Of a stretch of 64,000 bases of DNA, positions 51,780 to 61,375 are shown piece after piece (positions within the stretch are counted from its first letter, which is position 1; each line of letters opens with the position of its first letter). The stretch lies in NCBI RefSeq assembly GCF_006345805.1, contig NC_043005.1, positions 45,446,001 to 45,510,000 on the forward strand, read 5' to 3'. The position numbers and the translations under genes are program-made. Under the pieces are notes generated by a model, which worked only from the letters and a program-made list of their open reading frames with translations, did no database searches and was not told where the DNA came from. This DNA comes from Octopus sinensis (taxonomy: Eukaryota).

Positions 51780-53120
51780 TAGCAGAGGTTTGCAGAATTG
51801 ATAAAACATTGGACAAAATGCCTAGCAGAATTCATTCCAGTTATTTACATTTTGAGCTCAAATTTCACCAAAGTCATCTTTGCTTTTGCATCATTCCAGG
51901 ATCAATAACATAAAGTACCTGTGTATCACTGGGGCTGATGATATCAACTAACACTTTTTTTTTACATCAAAATTTCTGGTTCTGTGTCTAAATTAGAAAT
52001 GCTATTATTAATGGGGTAAACTGGCAAAACCGTTAGCATGCCAGGCAAAATGCATAGTGGCATTTTGTCTATCCTTACATTTTGAGTTCAAATTCCGCCA
52101 AGGTTGACTTTGCCTTTCATCCCTTTGGGGGTCTATGAAATAAGTACCAGTTACACACTGGGGTCAATGTAATTGAGTAGCCCCCTTTCCCCACAGTTTC
52201 AGGCTTTGTGCCTATAGCAGGAAGGACTATAAAGGAAGTAAGCTGGCAATCATTACTGCACTGGACAAAATACTTTGCAGCATTTATTCCAGCTTTACAT
52301 TCTAAGTTCAAATTCCACCAAAATCAACTTCGCTTTCCATCCTTTCATGGTTGATAAAATAGGTAGGAGTCCATGTAATCAACTTCCTTCCCCTCAAAAT
52401 TGCTGACTTTGTGCCAAAATTAGGAAGGATTATCATCATCATCATCATTATTAAGGCGGCGAGCTGGCAGAATTGTTGGCCTGCCAGGCAAAATGCTTAG
52501 CGGCATTTCATCTGTCTTTACATTCTTGGTTCAAATTCTGCTGAATTTGGATAAAATTGCTTTTATCCTTTTGGGGTCGATAAAATAAGTACCAGCTGTC
52601 ATCAACTTACCCCATCCTTCAAACTTACTGGCCTTGTGCCAAAATTTGAAACAATTATTATTATAATTATTATTATTGTTGTTGTTAAGGTGGTGAAGGT
52701 GGAAAGGTGGCTGAATTATTAGCATGTTGGACAAAATGCTTAGTGGTGTTTTGTCCATTTTTTATGTTCCAAGTTTGAATTCTGCCAAGATTGACTTCAC
52801 ATTTCATTCTTGTGGGGTCAATAAAATAAGTACCAGTTAAGAGCTGGGGTTGATATAAATGATAGCCTCCTCTCCACTAAATTTCAAGCCTTGTGGTTTT
52901 AGTAGAAGGGATTATTTATTAAGGTGGTGAGCTGGCAGAATTGTTAGCACGTTAGACCAAAATACTTAGTGTCGTTTCTTCAGAGTCAAATTCTACCAGG
53001 TTGACTTTTCAGGGTTGATAATATAAGTACCAGTCAAGTACTGGGGTTGAAGTAATTTACTTGCCCATTCCTGTTAAACAAGCTGGCCCCATACCAAAAT
53101 TTGAAACCCTCATTATCATT
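51780..53120 (+). mobile_element. Train of six head-to-tail SINE-B copies
   Basis: Heads at about 51780, 52013, 52232, 52453, 52687 and 52921, mostly separated by (ATT)n/(ATC)n tails. Confidence 0.8.
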
Positions 53121-53124
53121 TATT

Positions 53125-53600
53125 ACTATTTTTTTTTTACTTCTCAGAGTTCTTGATTTTACTTGCTTCAGTTAATAGTGAGAACAGACAACAAAATGTC
53201 AAAGGTCTCACAGGGCCTCTTTCCATAATACTTAACATCCAAGTATCAATCTCAAAAGCCTAGCTGTAGCAAATAGAACAGTTTTCTGAGCATGTCCAAA
53301 CTGCATATCAATTCTAATTTCTCAAACTTGGTTGTTAGTGCTCCCATTGCCCCTACAACTATTGAGATGACAGTTACTCTCTTCATTGCCTACATTCTTA
53401 CAATTTCTTATTCATTATTATCATTAGTACTAATACAGTTGAGAAGCATAACCCCTAGATCAGTCATGAGCAATTTACAGGACTTTCTGAATGTCACATC
53501 TAGTGAAAAATTACCTTCAATATTTTTTAGTAGTGTGACCTGGTTGATGATGAGCCTTGTCTCATTTGGCCCACCTCTCATTAAAGATAGCTAATGCCTG
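53125..53600 (-). mobile_element. R4/Dong-clade 3' end, second family, degenerate
   Basis: EIVRM*AMKRVTVISIVVGAMGALTTKFEK, a frameshift, then HAQKTVLFATARLLRLILGC*, followed by a 3' UTR ending in a TAA-like tail. Confidence 0.75.
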
Positions 53601-53923
53601 CTCTAAATCATCAGGATAGATATTGTAGAGCATTTCATAATTTGTATTGCCACAATGAAACAACATGTTGATACAAAATGGGTGTAACTGATTGCAATTA
53701 AGGGATGTAGTTGATTGCAAGTAGAGATTACATCTAAACAAGGATGTAGGCGATTGTATGAAGGGGCTATATAATTGTATGCAAGTATGTTTTCTTACAA
53801 GCTGAACCAAACTTAGTAGTGTAAACCAACAAATCGCTTATTACTTTTAGTTTCATTTATTTACATTAATTTCATATCATGTGAACAATTATCAGTTTTT
53901 ACACTGCACAAATATATACTTAA

Positions 53924-54130
53924 CCTTTCAGCATTCAAATTACTCTGTCAAATGTAATATCTGTATATTCACATTGTTTCAAATTGATCATACATAACCT
54001 TATTCCTTCGAGATTTTGGTGCGATTGTTTATTTCTAGAATAACACTGTTGAGAGGACAGATCTTGCTGATTTGAATATAGAACAGGTAGAATATTTTAG
54101 CTGGATTTGGCCAGTTTAAATGCTATAGGG
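53924..54130 (-). mobile_element. piggyBac-type MITE (second family)
   Basis: TTAA|cctttcagcatt...aatgctataggg|TTAA. Confidence 0.7.
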
Positions 54131-54787
54131 TTAAAAACAATTTAAAATTAAAAGATTACCCAAGAAAAATGTTACCCTTATTTATATCTTTTATCTTTTA
54201 CTCGTTTCAGTATTTGTACTGCAGCCATGCTGGAGCACAACCTTAGTCAAAAAAAAATCAATCCTAGTACTTATTTTCATTCTATTGGTCCCCTTTTTTC
54301 ATGAGCCACTAAGTTACACCACTAAGGTATGTAAACAAGCTAACACACACACACACATTATGGTCCTGATCAGTTAGGAAATCAGAATATTTCCAATGCA
54401 GCACTCAACCTCAGCTTGCGGCTATCTAGAATCCTACAATCTTGAACTGTAGTTTCAAATATTACATAATTTTTCACATGAAATATGTAATGGTTTTAAA
54501 AACAAAGTGTTATCAAAACAATTGCAACTGGAAATTAAATATATGCTAAACTCTTTCTTTGCCCTCTTATTTGAATTAAATATACAAAAATTTATCGAAA
54601 TTGCAAGGATAATCCGGTTCTTGACTGAGGATAGAAAGCTTCAAATGACCCGTCCTTGTTTTTTTTGTATCGTCTATCTGGATGTTTTGTTGTCCCTTTT
54701 TGTATCACCTAGATGTCTGGATATTTTGCGTTCTTGTCCCATTTTGTATTTTATATATATATATATATATATATTATTCATGCTTTC

Positions 54788-55085
54788 CAGCTACATAGTC
54801 CCAGGTTCAGTCCTACTGCATGGCACCTTGGGCAAGTGTCTTTAGTCTTAGGCTGACCAAATCCTTGTGAGCGGATTTGGTAGATGGGAACTGAAAGAAG
54901 CCCATCATGTATATAAATATCTGAGTGTGTGTGTGTCCCACCAGCGCTTGACAATCAGTGCAGGCTCAAAAAAAAAATAAAATAAAATAAAATTACTGGG
55001 GTCAATTCATTCAACTAAAAATTCTTCAGGGCAGTGTCCCAACATGGCCGCTGACTAATGACTGAAACAGATAAAAGAGAAAAGA
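54788..55085 (+). mobile_element. SINE-A, partly deleted
   Basis: Homology to the 43040 copy. Confidence 0.65.
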
Positions 55086-55999
55086 TACAATGGGCTTCTT
55101 TCACTAGGCTTTTGTCTGCGTAGGGCTATAGTAGAAGACACTTGCTCAAGCCATGTTGCAATAAGACTGAACTCAAGACTTCATGGTTGGGAAGCAAGCA
55201 TCTAACAGTGATAATTCTCACTACTGGTTTGGGATTTCCAAAGGCCCTATTGTTATTTCACAGTATTTCCTACAGTAAGCGTTACAGGTGATTAGCTAAG
55301 CAACTCAGGTGAAGGTAAGGCTCAAAGCATTAGTTTGCCAAGCTTTATTACTGATGAGTATTTCTTTTACGCTTGTACATAACAGGCTTCAGTACAGTTT
55401 CCATCTACCAAATTTTACTCACAAGGTTATTAGGTCAACTCAAGGATATATATATATATATATATAATAGAAGACATCTGCCCAAGATGCTGTCACATGA
55501 AATCAAACGCAGACACTCAAACATACCATGCCTACTTCACAAGTAAGCAATATTATGAATTATATTATCTTGTGATACATATTTTATAGCTAGGTGAATT
55601 CGACAGGTTAACTGAGAGTTAAGAATTTTGCCTGTACAAGACAATAAAGTTAACAAAAGAATAGGAACTGGGGTTCCTTGACCAATTGTGCAACATTCTC
55701 TCTACTTGACCAACCATGTGTCAAGCAGAGGAGACTCTGAAGGCAACAGAACATTTTCATAATTCACTGAATTCTATGGCCAAAAGTCATTTACAACTTG
55801 CAGCTATACTATTATTATCATATAGACTTCTCTCTCTCTCTCTTGCTCTCTCTCTCTCTCTCACACACACACATACACTTCTGTGTGTGTGTGTGAAAGC
55901 AATGCTTCCTAAGTCTGCTCCTATAACAACAGCAAATTAGATTTCTTTTATTAGATTTTCTAGAATAAATGAATGACAGTACTGTTGAATCATGCTTAC

Positions 56000-56111
56000 A
56001 TAGATTCTACAATAATGAATCCTTCCTTGTTCATCGTATCACCATCACAGTCAGTTCTATGCCTGTTTATCAATGCTGACATGGATTGGATGAAGCAGCG
56101 TGCAGTATCAT
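56000..56111 (-). other. Candidate 112-nt internal exon of an unidentified minus-strand transcript
   Basis: Acceptor ttccccctcttctgctaattctgctttgtaAG and donor AT|GTAAGC. One frame is open: DTARCFIQSMSALINRHRTDCDGDTMNKEGFIIVES. I do not recognise the peptide. Confidence 0.45.
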
Positions 56112-56652
56112 CTTACAAAGCAGAATTAGCAGAAGAGGGGGAAAAAAATAGTTTGACCAGGAGCTATTAATAAGATTTGTTTCTAGTAAATGTAGAAAGG
56201 CAAGGAAATTTGAATTATCAAACAACCCTCACAATAAAAGAATGTTCAAAGAAAGGAAGTTTATGATATACCACTAATGTTATTATGTATGGTAATGAAA
56301 GATGAGCTAAGTTGGGAGGAATTCTGCATTAAAAATACAACGTAAAACCTGATATATGTAGATTAGCAAAAGACTAGGGACCAAAAGAAACTAATACCTA
56401 TCAAGACAATTTTAAATTTTAAAAGATACCTATAGTAAGATCATATTCATAATTATCATTATTATGAAGTGGTAGAATCATTAGAAAATCAATATTTCAT
56501 CCAGCCTTTAAATTCTGATCTCAAACTCTGCACAAGTCAACTTAGCTTTCATCCTTCTAGAGTTCATAAAATAAACAACCAGTAAGTACTGAAGTCAATT
56601 TACATGACTAAACCCCCTCCCTTTTATTATCTGGTCTTGTGCCTATGTTAGA

Positions 56653-56684
<32 letters not shown>

Positions 56685-57056
56685 GAGGAGGAGGAGGAGA
56701 CCCCCTTCGGTCATGAATGACCATGGGATTGCACCTAGAAAGTTGCCCTCCGAAGCACAAGTCAGGACAAGATTGTTTGTGGAAGGCCAGCAGTCGCCCA
56801 TGCATACCAGCCTCCCCTCTCCACACCACTGATGTTATCCAAGGGAAAGGAAAAGGCCAATGAAGCTTGGTACCAGTGATGTTGCAACTCATTTCTACAG
56901 CTGGGTGAGCTGGAGCAACATGAAATAAAGTGTCTTGCTCAAGAACACAACACACAGCCCAGTGAGGGAATCAAACTCACAACCTCATGATTGTAAACTC
57001 TACGCTCTAACCACTGAGCCATGTGCCTTCACAATAATAATAATAATAATAATAAT

Positions 57057-57565
57057 GCGGGGGCAAGATAGAGGTAAGACATGATATGAGCACATCCCGC
57101 AGAGAATGGTGGGGTCGGAGACTTGCAAAAAACAGATCAGGTGCTAGAGCTTAACAGACCGGAACTAGTGGTGATGGACAAGATGCACCACGTGCTATAT
57201 AGTTGATGTTGTGTGTCCCTTAGACTCACAAATAGTCTAGAAGGAAGTCAAAAAATAGATATATACAATCTACTTAAGTATGAAATAGCCTGGCTATGGA
57301 AAATGAAGAAGGTGAAGAAAGTGCTAATAATTGTTGGTTCCTTGGGGGACAGTATCAGAAGGCATCAAGAGGAATATAAAGGAAATTGGAATAGAGAGCC
57401 CGGTAGAACTGTTACAAAAGATTTGCCTCCTTGGCATAGCCAGAATAATCAGGAAAGTATTAGTTGAAAAGAACAGATACCATGATACAGTAGGCTGCAG
57501 GCAGCAAGCCTGCTATGCATGCAAGACTCCAGGAGTTCCAACAAAACCTGAGATGAAAAGAGTAG
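57057..57565 (+). mobile_element. R4/Dong-clade non-LTR retrotransposon 3' end (restriction-like endonuclease), frameshifted
   Basis: Peptides NRPELVVMDK / YIVDVVCPLD / KIDIYNLLKYEIAWLWKMKKV..IIVGSLG / TVSEG..LLQKICLLGIARIIRKVL. (AAT)n lies on both flanks, matching known Dong TAA-repeat targeting. Confidence 0.85.
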
Positions 57566-57616
57566 ATAATAACAATAATGACAATAATAATAATAATTAT
57601 TATTATTATTATTTAG

Positions 57617-58750
57617 AAGGCAGCAAGCTGGCAGAATTGTTAATATGCTGGACAAAATGCTTAATGGTATTTCACCCGTCGCTCCGATCTGAGTTCAAAT
57701 TCTGCCAAGAACGACTTTACCTTTCATCCTTACAGGGTTGATATAATAAGTACCAGTTGAAGATTGGGGGTCAATGCAATCAACTCATCCTCTCCGAAAA
57801 AATGGCTGCCCTTGTGACAAAATTTGAAACCATTATTATTATTATTATTTAGGGCAGTGCGTGAGGGAATCATTAGAGCTTTGGAAAGAATACCTTGTGA
57901 TATTTAGTTATGCTTCATTCTCAGTTCAAATCCTTGAAGTTAACTGTATCTTTTGTACTTTCAGAGGTCAATAAAAGAAAGTACCAGTCAAATACCGGAG
58001 TCAAGGGTATCAATTAAACCCCAACCTTCAAAACTGCTTGCAAAATCAGAACCAATTAGTATTATTATTATTACTTAGCACGCTGGGCAAAATGCTTAGC
58101 AAAATTTTGCCAGTTTTTACACTCTGAGTTCAAATACTGGTGAGGTCAACTTTATATTATATCCTTTCAAAGCCGATAAGATAAGTAACAGTTCAGCCCT
58201 GGAGTTGATTTGACTTGGCCCCTTCCACAAAACTGCTGGCATTGGGCTAAAATTTGAAACTATTATTATTATTATTATTATTATTATTAAGATGGTGAGC
58301 TGGCAGATTTGTTAGCATGCCGGATAAAATGCTTAGTGGCATTTCTTCCAACTTTACGTTCTGAGTTCAAATGCTGCCGAGATCAACTTTGATCTTACAT
58401 CCTTTCAGGGTTGACCGAATACGTACCAGGTGAGCACTGGGTTCAATGTAATTGACTTACACTATCCCTCAAACTTGATAGCCCTGTACTAAAATTTGAA
58501 ATCATCATCATCATCATCAGGTGGTGACCTGGCAGACTGATTAACATGACAGATAAAATGCTTAGTGGTATTTCTCCTGGTTTCATGTTCTGAGTTCAAA
58601 TTCTGCCATGGTTTACTTTACCTTTCATCCTTTTGGAGTTGATAAAATAAGTCTCAGGTGAGCACTGGGGTTAGTGTAATCAACTAGCACCTTCTTCACA
58701 AATTTCAGACCTTGTGCTTATACTTGAAAGAATTATCATCATCATCATCA
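57617..58750 (+). mobile_element. Train of five head-to-tail SINE-B copies
   Basis: Heads at about 57617, 57851, 58074, 58288 and 58519, separated by (ATT)n/(ATC)n. Confidence 0.8.
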
Positions 58751-59832
58751 TTCATTTTTTTATAATCTGAAGTTCTATACTAAGGCTATGCTAGTGAAAT
58801 CCACAACTCCAGGTTACCGTAGTAAGTTAAGGACAGTTGGACCCAATGTGTAAGTTTGGTAACACCAAACAAACATCCATTCTCATATTTCAAAATAGCA
58901 AGAATATTTGCTAAAGTTCTGCCAACAGTGTAAAAGTCTAACAATCCAGTCTTTTATCTCACTGGCAGAGCAAGGAATTTGGCACATTCTGGCAATAGGC
59001 CCTTTGCAAATAACAAACTATTTCTAAAAGTATTCACAAAATCATTTCAAAAATTACATTGAAACAACATTTTAAAAAATATTTTGTACAAAAAAGTGAG
59101 AGAGAGAGAGACAGAGTGACTGAGTGAGTGAGTGAAAGTGGGAGAGAGAAAATATAAAACAAAAACAAGAAATATAAATAAAAAAAACAGCAACAGTCAC
59201 AAAGTCTGTATTAAAAATACAAACATTTAAAGGCAAATATGAAATTCAATATTTTAATTTTTTTTTTCTTTTTCTTTTAACAAGGGGTTTTGAAATTTTC
59301 GCCCAGTCATTCACACATTCTTGTCTACCAATTTCAATGTTTTTTTTGCATATTTAACATTTAACTGTCATATACTTTTTACTTAAGAATGAGTGTCATC
59401 TTTTTAAATTAGAATTTTAATAATCAACATAAAGAGCCTAAAAGAACTATTAATAAAAGAAACTGAGCTTTCAACATTTCTAAATCTTTTAAAAGTAATT
59501 ATTCTTCTCTTTTTTACACACATACAGCCACATTTCATTTTGTACAAATTTAAGCATATTTCAATGTTTTCCTTTTTTTTTCTTTAGAAGAAAAACAAAA
59601 TTAAAACATACATATATACTTCAAAAGATTTTAGCATTTTTTTTACTACTTTTTGCCCTTTTATGTTGCTTTAGAGAAAATTAATTAGATACTAAACAGG
59701 AAAAAAAAAAAACCCAGAAATCCCCACCAAAATTTGAAGATCTTTGAATCTGAATAAGTAATTTTAAAAAAAAACAACAATTTCAAAAAACATTAAAATA
59801 AATACTCACTTATTCGAAGAAATCCTCTTAAA

Positions 59833-61335
59833 TTAAATATGGAGCTCTGGATCCAAGTGCCAAACAAGGTGAGCCATGAATTCTAATCGGTTTCCAAGCT
59901 TTTTTAGACATTTTCTGCAAGTGAAAGGATCTGTTTCATCAGCTGAGTGTAAGCTACTATGGAGCATGTATATTCCAAAATCCTCAAACCACATTCCACA
60001 ATGGTCACATTTACTGAGCCTTTTACCATTTACAGATGCTGGGCTAGAAATATTTCTCTGTCGAATTTGTGTTTGTTGGGAAAGATCTTCTGGATATTTC
60101 ATGAATGGTGGACATTGGGACATAGCTACAGAGTTTCTTGCAAGTAAACTCACTGGATATTGAGAATCTTGTTCTTTTGCACAGCCAGGTTCTCGTTTAA
60201 TCACAGCCCTAAGTGCACTCAATGTTTCATGAGAAACCTCTGGTGATGGTAATCTTTGTTGAGAAATTTCTGGCGATGACAGTGTTTGTCGAGAAATTTC
60301 AGGTGAAGACAGAGAATTTCGCAACATTTCTGGACAAGATGACGGCTCTGTTGGTACGACAGCACCACCAAACTGGTTGTTTACAGATTCAGACTTTCGT
60401 AACGATATTCCCTGATTTGCCTCTGTACTACTTGGAAGAATAACCATTTTCTCTGACTCAGCAGAAAACCTTCTAAATTGATTGTCTACTAAAGATTTGG
60501 CCAAGGTGTAGCTGGTAGAAATAGACATCTGATAGTTACTTCTTTCAGATGATAAAAACTGTTGTTCTTCAGATTCCATACTAGGATACTGTACTTCCTG
60601 CTTAATGAACTCTATCTCGTTTTTGTTTGAAGCCTCATCGCCATCGTGATCTTCGTTTTCTGATGCTGACATTCGGATAATCTTACTATTGCTGGTAGAT
60701 ACCTGAGCTACACAGAATCTAGCACAGCCTACCCATTTCCCTTCAGATGGTATTTTCGGGTTGATATCATCAGGTGGTCCGCTCGTTAATGCAGACATAT
60801 CTACAGGAGCTCCACGGCTACGTCGTCGTCCATTCGGCCGTAAGTTACTTTTTATTTTATGCAGTTTTCTATGAAGATCCAGCTCTTCAGCTTCCTGGAA
60901 ACCCTCACCACAACGTCGACAAACATGAATTAGAAGAATGCTGTGTCGACGAAGGTGACTACCAAGAAGAGAAGAACGGGCAAAGCGCACTCCACAGATA
61001 CGGCACATATTCTTCTGTCTGTGTGGCTGGTGTACCTTCATGTGCTGTTTGACATGGTCAGAACGTGTGAAACGCCGCCCACACAAATTGCACATGTAGG
61101 GTCTCTCACCACTGTGTACACGAACGTGACGTTGAAGTTTCGAAGGAGTTGTGTAAGACCTTCCACACACAGTGCAACTATGCAGTGTTTTGCCGTGAGT
61201 ATGTGACAGTACATGCAGTTGCATATCCCGCAACGAAGCAAATTGCATGGCACAATATTTACATGTGAACTTGGTCACCAGCTGCACTGTATATTTCTTG
61301 TCTTCAGAGATGGCAGACGTTTCCCCCAGTTCCAT
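59833..61335 (-). CDS. C2H2 zinc-finger transcription factor, 500 aa, single coding exon; 5 N-terminal fingers plus a C-terminal Ikaros/Hunchback-like finger pair
   Basis: Uninterrupted ORF from ATG (61335) to TAA (59833-59835). Fingers: CKYC..HVLSH, CTVC..HVRVH (canonical SGERP linker follows), CNLC..HMKVH, CRIC..HLRRH and CRRC..HRKLH (60859-61269); CDHC..HSSLH and CRKC..HLVWH (59857-60009). The track's first 11 residues start at a TTG inside the polypyrimidine tract and are intronic/UTR. Confidence 0.93.
   Translation of the reverse strand: MELGETSAISEDKKYTVQLVTKFTCKYCAMQFASLRDMQLHVLSHTHGKTLHSCTVCGRSYTTPSKLQRHVRVHSGERPYMCNLCGRRFTRSDHVKQHMKVHQPHRQKNMCRICGVRFARSSLLGSHLRRHSILLIHVCRRCGEGFQEAEELDLHRKLHKIKSNLRPNGRRRSRGAPVDMSALTSGPPDDINPKIPSEGKWVGCARFCVAQVSTSNSKIIRMSASENEDHDGDEASNKNEIEFIKQEVQYPSMESEEQQFLSSERSNYQMSISTSYTLAKSLVDNQFRRFSAESEKMVILPSSTEANQGISLRKSESVNNQFGGAVVPTEPSSCPEMLRNSLSSPEISRQTLSSPEISQQRLPSPEVSHETLSALRAVIKREPGCAKEQDSQYPVSLLARNSVAMSQCPPFMKYPEDLSQQTQIRQRNISSPASVNGKRLSKCDHCGMWFEDFGIYMLHSSLHSADETDPFTCRKCLKKLGNRLEFMAHLVWHLDPELHI
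60221..60340 (-). repeat. 30-nt coding tandem repeat x4 (SCPEMLRNSL/SSPEISRQTL/SSPEISQQRL/PSPEVSHETL)
   Basis: Four in-frame 30-nt units at 60221, 60251, 60281 and 60311; the first three share gagaaa(t/c)(t/c)tc and the fourth is degenerate. Confidence 0.8.
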
Positions 61336-61336
61336 T

Positions 61337-61375
61337 CTGCTGAAGCTACAAATATAGAAACAAAACAAAACAAAC
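61337..61375 (-). promoter_or_regulatory. 3' splice acceptor of the ZNF coding exon (polypyrimidine tract plus three tandem AGs)
   Basis: Minus strand reads ttttgttttgtttctatatttgTAG|cttCAG|CAG|aATG. The AGs lie at 61347-46, 61341-40 and 61338-37, all upstream of the ATG, implying at least one upstream non-coding exon. Confidence 0.75.

Noticed and set aside
58760-59832. Poly(A) site of the ZNF gene
   Set aside because: The region is U-rich like a 3' UTR, but I found no unambiguous minus-strand AATAAA, so the 3' end is not called.
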